From Hydrolagus affinis (lineage: Eukaryota): a DNA stretch of 64,000 nucleotides. The DNA lies in NCBI GenBank assembly GCA_012026655.1, contig JAAILG010001607.1:1-64000 (forward strand). Direction: 5' to 3'. The position numbers were made by a program, and so were the translations under genes. The notes below the pieces were generated by a model. That model saw nothing but the letters and a program-made list of their open reading frames with translations. It ran no database searches and was not told where the DNA came from. Position 1 is the first letter of the stretch, and each line of letters begins with the position of its first letter. This document shows, one piece after another, positions 24,769-38,630 of the stretch.

Positions 24769-27700
24769 CTACAATTTTCCTTTCTGGACCCTCCATCCAA
24801 ACAATTAAGCTCTGGCACGTCAGAACTTGTTATGTACTGCGTCCTATGAATATACCATGATAATTAAGTGAGGGTAAATTCTGAGAAATGATAACTTTCT
24901 CGTGAAATGTTTTATCTGAGGCACGTTTACTCTTATCTTATATACGCCATAATTCATACGATTTTGTATTTTCACTGCTAGTAATTTGTTAGATTATTGT
25001 TAGTGTTTGTTGGCGCCAGTACTGCTTATTTGCACTCTTCTTTTACAGCTACGCTAGTTATTTTTCATGCGTCAACCCCATGCTCCTACTTTACAGCAAT
25101 ATTTATCTCTTATATTTGTGTTCACTTGAAATTGTGGATCTTCTTCCAGACTTCTTACTACATTAATACTGTGTGACATATTGCCATACTGGTTGTCTTC
25201 TCAAACACACCACTCTCCCCATCCAACTCCCCAAATTGTTTCCCCATCGTTTCATGATCAGGTTCACAAGTGTCTATTCACCGAGACTGTTCTTTGAATT
25301 GATTCAGTCTCTATTCAAAATAGGCCTTTTTAAAATTTGTCAGTAGTCCAGGATCTTTTTGTATCATAGAGGCATAGAAATTTACATTGATATAATGTTT
25401 TCACATTGGGAGGATGCTTCCTGGTACCTGCAAAACAGAATACCATTCAGGCCATCATACCTGTACTGGCACTTTGAAAAGCAATAAATTTAGTCTCATT
25501 TACTATTCTTTTCTCCGTACCCCTGAAAATTATATATTTTTAACGTACTAATTGTTACAACAGCGCTCAAATAACATCAAAAATTTAAGTTAGTTAGCTA
25601 GCAGAGCTTTTTTCAAATGCCAGCAAGAGTAAATTATGATGAGAAATATACTTCGGGATATTTTTCTGCATAATATTTCATCACATACAGTACTATAAAC
25701 TAGATATTCATTCGCAATTGTTAAAACCGTTCTATTTAACTGTTGAGTTCTTTGAGGAAGTCTTAAATCCAAGCCTTTGAAAGATGGTGACAGGCAAAAT
25801 CTGTGCAAACTAAAACTGTTAGTTCTAGATCATTCAAACATTCAGATCATTCAAACAAATTTTTTCTGTATCTACAAATCCACAACTGGCACCAGTCATG
25901 TAATTCAAAACCTTCAGCTGATAACATTTTTTTTTAATGAAACATTGAAGGTATAAAACAAAGAAACAAAGTAGTTAAAGCAAACAAATTTCCAGCAATG
26001 ACATGTAAACGGTGCCCATTTGTTCATTTAATTATTTCTCCCTTTTATAAGCCATTCAATTGTAGTTCACTTTTCTCTTCCGCTCAGGAAGCGATGGCAC
26101 ATTTCTCGATCTTAATGATTAAATGTCACAGTTGATTCAATAAAATAAATGCTGGAATCGAGAAAGTGAAGTTGACAAACCTGTTGACATGTTCCTTACA
26201 AATGTGAAAATTGAGTTTGCAAAATTGTGGATTTATTGGGTAAAATCTGCTCTAGTAACTTTAGATTTAATCAGATTGAAATCTGAAATGGTCTCAAGCG
26301 AAAAATGATGACCGGGCATTGTGTACCCAAGGGCCAAATGTAGCAATACTTGATATTCTTCTTATCTGCTGAACATTTCCAATCATTCCGTGGCCACAAT
26401 CATTTCAATCTACACTATATACAATGTTTGTACCTGGGATCCATTGTACTATTGATGTGAGCTCACAATTTGATTCATCAATTTCTCATTTAGATCTGCC
26501 CTCTATATTCCCTTTGGTATTTTTCATTCTGTATTATTTTCTCTCCTGGACTGATCTCCTGGTCTTTCTGACCTTTCAGTGCTGATTTTCAGACGATTTG
26601 TACCTTTGTCTTACTCCTACTTTTCCCTGTAATAATAAAACAATGCAGGATGAGCTGCCATGTGTAACATTCATATGGTCAGACAACAGTGTAACAAGAA
26701 ATTGTATTTCCAGGATTGCTAAGCTCTGAGCAAAACAAAGGAACTATTTTTAAAAAAGCACGTACATGGTAATATTTTACTTTTTTTGGTTTTCATAGAA
26801 AACACTTCACATTTCACGCAAGTAAAAATGCAAATTAGGAGTCTCTATCAGTAACTGAGGCATTAAGGAATATTTTCCTCTCTGTATGTAGAATCTATTG
26901 TAAGTTAAGCATCAGTGTCTACAAGTTGTGAAGTAATACTGACTGCAGTGCCCTCCCAATCACAATACCACAAAATAGGCCTATTTGATTTTGTCAATTC
27001 AAAATACAGTTATTCAGCAGTTATTGATATTTCATACGCATTATGATTGATATGATGATGTAATTACAGTATTTAGTAAGCCAATGGTAGTGATGTATGA
27101 TACCGGCCTTTATCCTCCCATTCTGCCTACAAATTGTACAGTCAATTCACTTTTCAGCACAGTCTGAACGATGCTTTGCGGCATCTTCAAGATGTGATAA
27201 GTCGCTGTATCAAACACTGGAGCCATTTTTGTTTTGAACGTCAACAATCTGAGGCACTACCTGCCAGAAAAGGGAACTTTTCTGGATTATTATTATTGCA
27301 GCATCAAGCTTTTACTTAAATAGTCCAGTATCTTAGCCTCAAATATGCTTTACGATCACCCCATAAATTACTTACTGTGTGGAATAAACGTTTCCTGGTG
27401 TTCACCCTGAAATTTCCCTTTACAACTTTGAACCTGGGCCCTTTCATTTTGCTGCCTTAGGCCTATTATCCGAAAGCACAGTTCAGAGGATCGTAGCATT
27501 ATACAGCACAGAAGGAGGCCATTCAGCCCATCATGTCTGTGCCGGCTCCAAAAAGAGCAATCTAACTCATTGATTTGTTTCTCTCAATTATTATTAATAA
27601 GAGTAACAACAACAACTTGCATCTATCTACTTAGCTCCCTTTTCTGGCAGGTAATGTCTCGGATTGTTAAATAATCTTACAAACACCATTCACTCTAGGA

Positions 27701-27846
27701 GGACATCTCAAACCACTTCACAAGATGCGACTCTACATTTATAGGTGAAACCTGGCAGCCAATTTACACACAGTAATGACCCACAAATGGATGTGAAGCG
27801 AGTAAGTCATGAAATGATTCAGAACTCCTGGATTTAGCCTCATTAC

Positions 27847-28033
27847 ATCCACCTCTTCCGTGCTTTCAATTTAAAGATGTAAGGAACAAAACACCACAAA
27901 AAGTGGTCATTTTGCGACTGATGTTCAAAACAAAAATGGTTCCAGTAACCAGAGCCTGATACTCCAACAATATAGCATTTTCAACAGCAATTTGACAATG
28001 CAACCGTCACTACAGACCCCACTTACATTACTA
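27847..28033 (-). pseudogene. Weak candidate exon remnant; possible Cys motif, hydrophobic segment and basic stretch
   Basis: Acceptor tgcttttatctacag. One frame reads CKWGL**RLHCQIAVENAILLEYQALVTGTIFVL, another ends FLWCFVPYIFKLKARK. Needs stops and a frameshift. Confidence 0.25.
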
Positions 28034-28799
28034 CTGTAGATAAAAGCAGTGATTATACTTTTGAATTGAAACATGCTGTTATTCAGTCCGAAACACGTGT
28101 GCAATTTATGAAAGCACAAAGAAGTTATTTTCAGGGCATGATAAAATTATCATGTTCCATCTCTATCATTTTACTGAGCGGGTAAAATACAATGCACTAA
28201 AGTTCTCATGACTGTATTTTAATATCAAGCAGTTAAAAATTGTAGTTTAGATGGTCAACCAAGACTGACCACCAGATTTAACTAAACTGCACTGCAATTG
28301 TATTTCAAGAGAGTTAAACTACATTGAGTGGTTGTAAACCCATTTCACACTGGCACAGGACTTTCAGTACACTCATTACACGGCATTGTTACACTCTCCA
28401 GCAGTTTCTGTTAGGGATGATCAGACTCAAGAATTGAGACACCAAAAGTGTTTTTTGCCTTTTTTTTTCGATATTAAAGGAACTTCATTCTTTCTGTAAG
28501 GCTCAGCAATTTGGGAAACATCAATCTTGTCAGGACCCACATTCAATCGGGGCAAAAGATCAATGTTGTTGAGACTGTTCCACCCAAAAACTGCCTCTCA
28601 ACAGTAGAATACAATGCTAATCTATAATTCTAAAGTGACTCTCATTTTGGGTAGGCATCCCAAAATTGCTGGAATATTTCTTCAACAAATCAAACAAATT
28701 TGATAATCAGGTAAATGACTTGAATCACTCAAGTCAAGAAAATATTTGTTCAAGAAGTTGTTGATCCAAAGCTCTGACCAGCTTTGTGCAGCATAAAGT

Positions 28800-29220
28800 A
28801 AATAATAATTATCCTCGTGTTTAATATAGCAATTCCTATGCATTGACACATCAATGCACTTCACAGGATTTACTCTAAAATGTATTGTACATTTTATCGA
28901 CGAACACGGCTGCCAATTTGAACAAAACAAATGCCCACATACTGCCATTAAATGAATGAGCAATTTTTATCTGGGCGATTGTTGGCCATGACATTGGGAG
29001 GAATTCCCATCTCTTTTCAAATTGTCTCATGGGATTTTTCATGCACTCCTTGAAAAGCAGATCGACTCTCAGTTTAGTGTCTCATCCAAACGACAACAAT
29101 TGCAGGATCCTTCCAGGACTGGATTGGAAAGTCAACCTCGACTGTGAGTCCTGACCAGGATATCAATTCCACATTCTTCTGACTTAGAGGTGACAATGCT
29201 ACCGATTTAGCCAAGTTAAA
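28800..29220 (-). mobile_element. Old DeuSINE/SacSINE1-like SINE
   Basis: CACGGCTGCCAATTTG, CATGGGATTTTT, GTTTAGTGTCTCATCCAAA and TTCTGACTTAGAGG match the reverse complement of 30390-30820. Confidence 0.6.
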
Positions 29221-29254
29221 ATGTATTAAATTGCAATTCATACAATGAAATTAA

Positions 29255-29960
29255 TTTCATAGCACAGAAGAAGACTATTGGGCAGATATTATCTATCCTG
29301 GTGCAAGTTTGCTGCTGGAAATACTGTGCTTCATTTCAATTCCTCTGCTATTTCCCCAAATCTAACAATACTATATTTTTCTCATGCCAGAGTCTATCAT
29401 GCTGATAGTCACAAGATTACAAGATAATAACATTGGTTTGGTTGTGGAAGACCTTTTGGTCCATCTGATCAAATCTCTCCAGAATACCATCTTTGCATCA
29501 AGCTTTAAAAAAAAATTAATCCAGTCTTCAACTCTCCTTCCTGACAACCTGTTCCAGTAAAGTAAAACCATCTTTGTATCTGAAATTGCTCTTCGCAACT
29601 CTAAACCTGTATCCTTTTGTTTTATTTTCTTGGTGCAATGCAAAGTATTGTTCTGGGTTTACTTTTTCAATCTCAATTAAAATTTCTTATGACTCTATAA
29701 GGATCCGCTCTGAATGCCTTCTGTAAAGGCTGAAGAGCACTATGTTGTCTAATCATTGGTCATAGCTCACTCCTCAAACAAGGAGGATCATGCTCATGCA
29801 AGGATTATTATTATCGCTCTCCTCTACATTGCCTCTAAGGCTTGGGCAGCTCCCTTATGATGCCCTCTTATGTCATGTATGACGTACTTTTATGTTGCGG
29901 TGACCAGGATTGTATGCAGTACTCTCATTGTAGCCTCATTAGAACTTTTTAATAGCTTGG
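29255..29960 (-). mobile_element. Highly decayed CR1 3' region
   Basis: WNRL..RVE...FFLKLD-like translation and a CR1-like terminus near 29260. Confidence 0.5.
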
Positions 29961-30389
29961 GTATGATACTTGGGTATCTGAACTCAATGGATTCCCCTGA
30001 GGTGCCAAAGCAGTTTGCTTCCTCCCAGATCATCAATCAGGAGCTGGCAGGAAGACATCAATTTAGCACCTGATGCATTACACAGGAAAGGATTGGCTTC
30101 AGCATATGTTCATTTCAAATCTGAAATTGCTGCCAATTGAGGAAAAGTGGGAGTCTCCAGAGGAAGTCTAGATGTGCCTACGCATTGTTCTCAGATTAGT
30201 TGTTTAATGCAGTGATCTTATCAGAGTTAGGAATAACTATTCAGTTATTGTGGAGCTTGATCTGGGCACCGAGCAAAATTGGTGTGTGCCAAGAGATAGC
30301 TTCGGTGCTTCAATACAAATGTTTCACCCAGAGGACCACAACTTAATCTGGGTAATAAAAGTCCATGCATTTCATATACATATGTGTCA

Positions 30390-30820
30390 TGGTGGCTCAG
30401 TTGGTCACACCCTCACCTCTGGTTGAGAAGACTATGGATGGATGCCCCCACATCATGATTTTGATATCACAAGGCTAGTGCAGTACGTGCTGCCTGCCTT
30501 GTTGGCGGTGTTATCGTTTCAATGAGAAGCTGAACCGAGGTCCCATCTGCCTGTTCAAGTACATGTTAAATATCCAATTGCACTACATAAAATTAGAAGG
30601 GAGTTTCTCCTAGGTTCCTGGGCAATTTTATTTTCCCTAAAAATAAAATTTTTGATTGACTTCATGGCTGTTTGAGGGATAATGCTGGGTGCAAAATATC
30701 TGTCGAGTTCGCCTGCAAATGACAAGGTAACCCCATTTTATGTTACATCCATGAAGTGCTTTGAGACATCTTCCTGTTGTGAAAAGCATGATAATGAAAG
30801 TAAGGTTTATTTATTATTTA
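30390..30820 (+). mobile_element. Old DeuSINE/SacSINE1-like SINE, near full length
   Basis: tRNA-like head TGGCTCAGTTGG..CTCACCTCTG, central ATGAGAAGCTGAACCGAGGTCCCATCTGCC, and tail AAGTGCTTTGAGACATC..GTGAAAAG. Family name from a recalled consensus. Confidence 0.7.
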
Positions 30821-31129
30821 ATACTATTATGAACGATATAACATTCCTTGCAACAACAATGAAGGTTAGCAGGTCACAGAGAATAGGGAGGAGCAAGGCT
30901 ATGGAGGGTTTTGCAAGCAAGGATGAGGATTTTGAGATCTACCCTCTGGGGGAATGAGTCAGTACAGCCAGGTGAGGTTTACAAAGGAACCCAGTTACTT
31001 TCTTTATGACCTTTAGTCATATTCAGCTGACAGGTACAACAATAAAATTGCATTTATAGTGTGCCCTTCATGTCGGGAGGACGTCCCAGGGCACGGGGTT
31101 TGATTCAGGTACGTAAGTTAAATGACAAA

Positions 31130-31270
31130 TCATAGAATCAAATAATTTTACAACCCCAAAGGAGGACATTCGGCACATTGTGTCTGTGCTGGATCTTTGA
31201 AAAGAGCTGTTCCAAATCAATCCCATTGGCTCCCACTCCCAGGCTCTCTCCCCATAACCCCTAAATTACT
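31130..31270 (-). mobile_element. CR1 3'-end remnant
   Basis: ATCATAGAATCA tail plus GGAGGACATTCGGC. Confidence 0.7.
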
Positions 31271-31348
31271 TTAGGGTTGCAACACAACGACCTTCTGCCT
31301 GAGAGTCAGTCACTCAATTGCTTAGTGCTATACAGGCCAATAGTTATA

Positions 31349-31554
31349 CAGTAAAAGCCTGTTTATCCGGCATCCAATCAACCGAAACCTCCGTATAAGC
31401 AGCATCGCAAAAAAAAGTCCTTATTTGATTAACCGGAGTTTATCCGGAAAATGCATTGAATTATTTTTTTGACCGTTTTCAGCCGAATATCCGGCACGCA
31501 CTTTAACCGGCATTGGCCAAGTCCTGAGGTTGCCGGATAAATGGGCTTTTACCG
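31349..31554. mobile_element. 206-bp Tc1/mariner (Tigger/pogo-like) MITE
   Basis: 24-bp TIRs (CAGTAAAAGCCTGTTTATCCGGCA and TGCCGGATAAATGGGCTTTTACCG; 21/24 match) with TA on both sides (31347-48, 31555-56). Confidence 0.88.
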
Positions 31555-32637
31555 TAGTATGTTTTAGGAAGTCAACAGATGGAATGATGAAACTGTGCAT
31601 TACGGGTAATGGTACGTAAGACACGGTGCAAATTACTTCTGTAAATTTTCATTAATTTATGCTATACTCAGATTTTTAAACATTAATAGCAATTGTAAAA
31701 TAAACATTTGCGTTCCACTCACCAATAAAAAAATTCACTTTTTTTGACATATGTAAGATATTGCAGGGTTGTTAAAAAAAAACTGGCAGAGATACTTAAT
31801 GGCTTATACTCTTTGAAATTGTTTTGAAGTGAAGGGCGATGATCACTTTTCATACAGGGTTTGATTTAAAATTTATGAAGCATTGCAAAATTCATTACCA
31901 TGTTTCAGGTTTAATACATCAGACAAATAAAATTTTTGCTATTTGATTTTAACACACTAGAATAGTGTGAATTTTAATGCATTGTATTTTAACTGCTCAG
32001 TAAAATGACAGAGATGGCAGTTGGCAATTATAAAGCTATTTCTCAAGCATTTCCCCATTTCACAGGACAATGTTTCCAATTCCCACTTATCAGAAGTTGG
32101 AGATTAAAGCAATATTGGGAATGATATGTTACAAATAATAGCAACTCCTACTGCGCACAACAACAACAACTTGCACTTGTATAGTTCCCCTTACGTAGGG
32201 TAGCATCCCAAAGCGCTTAGATGCTCCCAGAGCATCCAAGAGCGTATTGGTTAAAGCAGTTGTCTCGCAAGCGAGAGGACTCAGATTCAAAACCGAGCAG
32301 AGCAAAATCTTAGGCAAGTTTCCTTACTCCACACAACTCTGTTTACGTAGTAAATGGACTATATATTTTCAATGTTGGTTCAATTTTTAATATTTTGCTA
32401 TATTTTATATTGCTTACACTGTAAGGATAAACCAATGCTCCTTTCTGCCTCTGTCTTACTGTGCAATAATTCCTACTAGTTGTGGGGAGTTATGTGGTTT
32501 CTCGATGGAGCTCAATTGGCTCCAAGATAACATGTATGGCAATGAAATGTCAGAATCGAACCAGATCTTCGAGCAGTGTTGGTAGTCCAGTTCCTGAGTC
32601 AGGTGGGTCTGCAGTTTTCCAGGGCACTGATCATATT

Positions 32638-32938
32638 AATAATACTTCTTGCATTTGATGTAATGCTTTTCACGTATTCCAGACGTCTCCAAACACTGCA
32701 CAGAGTGTATTGTAAAGTGAATTGACTGTATACTTGTGGGTTAAATGAGGCAGGGATTACTATTCCCAGAAAAGCAATCCACTAATCAGCTAACAACCAG
32801 GTTTTCCTAATAAGTGATAAGTCAACAGTAAAAAGTGTGGGGAGTAAGGAAACTTGTCCAACATTTCACCTTGCCAGGAATAGAACCCATGTCTCTCACT
32901 CGCAAGGCGAGTGCTCTAGCCACTGAGCTATAGGACTC
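32638..32938 (-). mobile_element. Young tRNA-derived SINE
   Basis: Reverse-complement head CCACTGAGCTATAGGACTC and tail TTGCATTTGATG..TTTTCACG..AGACGTCTC. Confidence 0.85.
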
Positions 32939-33099
32939 CGATGACAGCACAGCCAGCCTGGCTCATCGGCAGGATTTGGAAGGGCAGGCTAGTCACTGGG
33001 GCAGGGAGTCAGCCCACTCAGCTCCTGTTAACCCTGCAAACAAAAGCCCCAATGGGCAAGATAGCAATAGCATGCTATGCTATTTCAGCTGTTTAGCAC

Positions 33100-33405
33100 A
33101 CCAACACGCACTCTGGGGTTCCCAAACCTTGGTGTTTGCCAACCTGCGCCTAATACTCTTGCTAACCCGTTTACCCATATCCAAAATTAGGTAAGCAGGG
33201 AGAGTGTGCAATCCACTACAACAATCTATGTCTGGGATTTCCATGCGTGGGTGGGATGCATTTCAATGCCTTGAGATGTCCTCCTGACATGAAAGATGCT
33301 ATACAAATGTAATTGTTGTTGTTGTGTGGAAGTTGTGGCGTCATTTGGATAATCTTGGGCACAGGGGGTGGCTTTCCGCAAGTCAAGGTGAAACACCCCA
33401 AAAAA
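33100..33405 (+). repeat. Unclassified repeat copy interrupted by a short L2 tail (~33262-33325)
   Basis: Shares CCAAAATTAGGTAAGCA exactly with 43949-43965 and other motifs with 4108 and 5612. Confidence 0.6.
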
Positions 33406-36400
33406 TATATATCCCAAGTGCTTTTTATGAAATTGCTGAAATTGTGGTTGAAAGGAGTCTTTAATTATTGTTCAGTCTGAGTGTGAACACCTGTTCCAAT
33501 GTTGCATTATAACTTAGATCAAAGTTACCATACTTGCGATGACCACATAACTCTGCTCATCACTTCTGTGCCTTTTGATTCGATATGGTTCGAGTCTGAT
33601 ACCAGATTTCCAAATAAGGACATAGAGCAAGAAGGCACAGTGAAGGGCTTCATTAAATGGGCAAATTGATATGGAACAAACTAGAAAGGGTAGAGCAAAG
33701 AACAATATGAGAGATTCAATAAAAATATAAAAGGTTTCAAAACATGTACTTGACCTGAGAATGAAAAGGATTCAGGATTATTAGGAGATGAGATAGATTT
33801 GTCGAAATTTTGAAGTAATTTGGGGCCAAACCATTGTGCCAGACTTGCAATTCTGCAATAATTCGGCTCTCATTGGTGAGATGGTCATTCATAATTTCTT
33901 GAGGAAATAATATTGTTTCTATTTCAGGATCAATGAACTCACACTGAACATCTTCAACAATGTCATCATCAGGTCTTGATGGGAAATCCTTTGTTGCTGC
34001 TTATAATTTAATTACTATTTTACCACACTCACTTTGAGTCCAATAAATCATACCTTGTGCTCGCCTTCTGACACTGCTGGAAACCAATTCCCAGTGCCCT
34101 GTAATTGATAGGCAAAAATACTCTGTATCTCCACCAGGGGCTGTTCTCTAAATTTTGCCACACTGAGTATCATCTGAATTCTTGTCTCAGAATGATATCT
34201 TTTTTTTGAGACCCAAAGTATTTTCTTGTCATGTCGTGGATGTTTTCAGAATTTTTTTGGGGGGTACGGCAGAGGTTGGTAACTTATATAAATGTTATTA
34301 ACAATAAAGAATGTAAATAACAATAATAATATCTACACAATGTCAACACAATAATAAGAGTAAGAATTTTTTCATCGTTTGTGACAGCCTCCAAATAACT
34401 CTTGGGTGCGGCGAAACATTAGTCAAGTACCCTTAATTCACATGCCTTTATTTACCCAGCAGTGAGTAGGAACCTGTTTGTTAGTCGATTGGTGGATCGC
34501 TTTTCCAGGCATAATGATCCCTTCCAAACATTTTTATGAATTAAATCCATGAATGTGTGTGGGACATTGATGTGAACAATTGGCTGCTGCGTTTCGCCCA
34601 CAAACTAACACATCTCAAAGTGCTTCACTGATTTTACAGTGAACGTGTATTGGTCAGTTAATATGGCAACTAATTTGCTAAGAGCAATGTCCCATGAACA
34701 CTCGTGAAGTACATCAGCGATTTTAAAAAAACGTGTTTGCCTCAACCACTCTTCTTAGAATTACATTCTGTTTGTTTTTTACCCTCTATGGAAAGAAATA
34801 TTATACTTCTGGATTTTTTTCTCAAAATCACCCTTTACAATCTTGAAACTGCGCCATCTCGTCCTGCCATTGTGGCATATCTAAAAGTATTTTCCCAGAT
34901 TTACTTCTTCAACCGCATTTCAAAGCTTCTGAAGTGCTCAGACACAGTTTTCCGCAAGGTTAACAGAAATTGAATAGGAGGGCATGCGCTTTGGATATCC
35001 CATTTGTGGGTGTTTTGAGTTTCTATGCAGGGATAGGCAATGTTGCTTTATAGACAAATGATGCAACTCAGTGAGATCTGCCTGCATGTTGTGAATATTA
35101 AGTGTTATTTGATGTACGATTAAACAAACAGTTCGTGGACAGCCAATAAGTTGATTGTGATTTGTGTATTATTGCTTGTAACTTTCTTACAATAATTTTT
35201 ACAGGTAAAATCAACTAAAATGGTTTAAACATCACATAAAGTATTTTTTATGTGAATTTTGCTTTCCTATTGTCTTTCAATGAGGATTAATTTGATATAT
35301 TTCCAATGTCAACTTCTAAGGTTGGATCTTATTTTGTAGCTGTTATAGATCCATTAATGAGTTTGAGTATTAAGCAGCAACCATATGCTGCGATGTGCAA
35401 AAATATATGTTACCAGAATCTATTGTCCCATTCTTAACTCAAGTCAATCTTTCTTATTGTCCTTAATATGACATTGGGGAACATTTGCTTAGATAAGAGC
35501 AAGAAAGTACAGTTATTAAAAATGTCAGTCACATTCTTACTCCCATAGATATCTGCCTGCCAACATCCAACAAGCAACCATTTATAATAGTGTGAACAGT
35601 ACCCAGTTTCAACCATGATCTGAATGGTTTTCTTTCAAAATTATTACCTGTGTTATTTCTCCAAACAATTAGAGGCTAGTGGCTGGAGATGGGATCCCAT
35701 GGAGGCATGGAGCAGGTCAGCCCTTAGAATTTGTCAAATGCAGGGAAGGATCTCTTTGTGCCAACACAGATACATCATCAAAATGATTCCAAAGTTTCCA
35801 AAAGTTAATTATTAACTGCAAATAATGTGGGCTATTCTCCAAAGCTGTGCAGTGCCAGTTTGATGAAGTGTTTATTTACCGCAAGCCTTTAGGGGAATAA
35901 TCAAATTAATAGATTTATGTGCGTGTTAAATATTTATTAGTTACAATGTAAAACAACCGTAATCACCATCTCATGACATGCACAGTGCTTTCAACTACTG
36001 TAACCCATAGCTCAGAGAAAACTGCAACTAATAATCCGAGAATAAATCTTGCATTTGATACAGCACTTTTCATGTCAGGTGGATAGAAACATAGAAACAG
36101 GACTAGGCTATTCAGCCTGTGATGCCATTTTATAAGATTTTGGCTGATCGGTAAATTAAGTTACCTGCCCTTGCCCCATATGCCTTAATTCTCTGACCTA
36201 ACATATATGTTTCAAGGATGTCTCAAAACACTTCATGGCATTTACAGTAGAGCGTAATTATTGTATATTTTGGAGGCAAATAAGGCTAAGCATTGATGAA
36301 TTTTGTATGAAACTATGTTCTTTCAGATAAAGGACATTTTAATGTCCACTAACCATGTTCCATTTCAATATTTTGTTTCTGAATTAATTCAAAATATAAT

Positions 36401-37159
36401 CATTGTTAAGACTTTATGATCAAGAATGCCTTTCTCTTCCAAACAATCCATAATCCTCTCGATGATCCTTGAATGATTATAACAATGACTGGCTTTGCAA
36501 ACTCAGGAATCATTTTTGTTTCATTTCCACAATGAATCTTGCGAAGACCATTCACGAGTACTGTTGTGAATAATCCCAAACATTGCCAGTTCTTCAAAGG
36601 AAGATTTTAGTGCAACAAATCGTACCAGTGTGTGACAATAGACTTTACTGCCTTCTTCTTAAAAGGTATCTTTTGGAAATTGTTACATGGAAGATGTCAG
36701 GGTTATTTCACCAAGTAGCGGTACTGGCAATTACTACCAACATCCTTGGGGAGAGGAGAAGGGAAGTAAATAAGATGAGCTGGCTCCAAGGTGATATGCT
36801 TGGAAAAATATATCTATTATTTCCCTCTTCTTTTTTTTTCCTTGTCTTAATATTATTTTGTAACTTTAGCTTCAGTTTTCTCCACTGCATTTATTCCAAT
36901 TGCAACTTTTATGAATCCTTTAAATAGTTGTTTTATTTTTCCTCTCAACCTCCCGCTTGTAGCTGCAACAAATGTTCAGTAAAGTGCAATTCATTTGCAT
37001 CCAAATGTTGCTATTTTATAGGTAATGAAAAGACAGAACCTGCTTTTACACAAGGTGTGTGGTAAATCCATGTGTTTTTTTGGACAACATGCAGAAACCC
37101 TTCATCGTGGTAATTTGGTCATACTAACAATAGTTTTGCACTTAATTCCTGACTGGTTG

Positions 37160-37314
37160 CTAGATACTGCTGTGCGCAATTGCCTGCCGTGTTTCGCCCA
37201 CAGAATAGATGGTCAATTCACTTTACACTATTCACTATTGTTTGAAGCACTTTGAAAGGTCTTCAATAGGTGATGAGACGCTATATCAAATTCAAGGATT
37301 ATTATTATTATTAA
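37160..37314 (+). mobile_element. tRNA-derived SINE, 3' part
   Basis: ACTGCTGTGCGCAATTGCCTGCCGTGTTTCGCCCAC...AAGGATTATTATTATTA. Confidence 0.85.
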
Positions 37315-38244
37315 TGTATCCAAAGTCGACTGAGATCTTTATATATGTGCATCACCGAGGGCACAAAAAATTCCTTGAAGGATAAGATGGGCTAGGGAAG
37401 GGGGGTAGAGTATTTAAGTATTGTATTTTAACCGCTCAGCTGTGAGTCGGAACATTGTGGGTTCAAGTCCACATTGGGACTTTGAGTTCCTTGTTTCGGC
37501 TGACACTCCAATGCAGTACTGGGGAACCCTGTATTCACAGTTCGCATATAAAATGGTTAGTCATAGCTAAATGTGTTCACACTGGTAGTGAATATTGAAA
37601 CAAAACAATAGCGCTATTAACAGAATAGTATCAATATGTTGAAAATAGGCCCCAATATTCACCATCCACTCTTGCATTACTAGAGACCTTCAAAGCTATT
37701 GCAGTATTTAGTATCTATTAATTTGGCATTGATGCAACTTTTGTGGTAGGTTAGCTAATCATTATTGTCTCTCACTTTTTGTAATGCAGAATATAACCAT
37801 TGCCATTGGAGACGTAGCTAGCAGCCAACATTGTCCATTTATTTCAATGGGAATAGTGGTAACACTCAGAGACACAACCTCACGTGCAACCACTAGATAA
37901 ATGCAAGTTGTTGTGACATATTATTACGATTCCTTTAATTTTTTTAACCACGTGACAGAGGTGCTACAAAAATACACATGACTGGTATCAGAGTCTACAA
38001 GTCACACCTTTAGGCATGCATGCCTTCTAAAACTAGCAAATCAAATCCTGTACCTATATGATTATCAGACCTTTAACCAAAATGGAAACTGGAAAATAAG
38101 GGAACAAATTTACCCCAAGATCTACAAATAGGAGTGGAATAGTTGAAGTTTTTCTTTATCATATGGAAGAGTAGTTTTCAAAAAATATTCATTTATGCAA
38201 AACGTTTTACTCGCTTTCGTGGTTGTGTCTTTTATGTTTCCTTC

Positions 38245-38630
38245 TGCCTTCTCTCTGACCTGCTGACCCCCTATTAACCCGTCTGCTCGCTCCATTTGTC
38301 AGACTCAGGCCTGCTCCATATCTCTCACCCGACCCACCCTACTATCGGTGGCTGGGCTTTCAGCCTCTCTGCCCCTACACTTAGGAACTCCATTCCACAC
38401 TCACTTCGCCTTGCTCCCTCCCTCGCCTCCTTCAAGGCCAGTCTCAAGACCTCCCTCTTCGACCATGCCTTTAGTCGCCCTTCCTAACTCTTTGCCCACC
38501 CTCGTCCCAACACTGCCCGCGCCACCTCTCCCACACCCCCGACTAATGACTGTCCAGTGCCTTGGGACATCCTCCCGACATGAAAAGCGCTCTACAAATG
38601 TAATTTTGTCGTTGTTGTTGTTGTTGTTCT
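38245..38630 (+). mobile_element. L2 3' fragment, type A end
   Basis: SDSGLLHI..TIGGWAFSLSAPTLRNSIPHSLRLAPSLASFKASLKTSLFDHAF plus (TTG)n tail. Confidence 0.92.

Noticed and set aside
25823-25857. Short direct duplications here and at ~44229, ~48273 and ~49175, considered as CRISPR-like arrays
   Set aside because: Only two to four adjacent units with no regular spacers, in eukaryotic DNA; ordinary slippage duplications.
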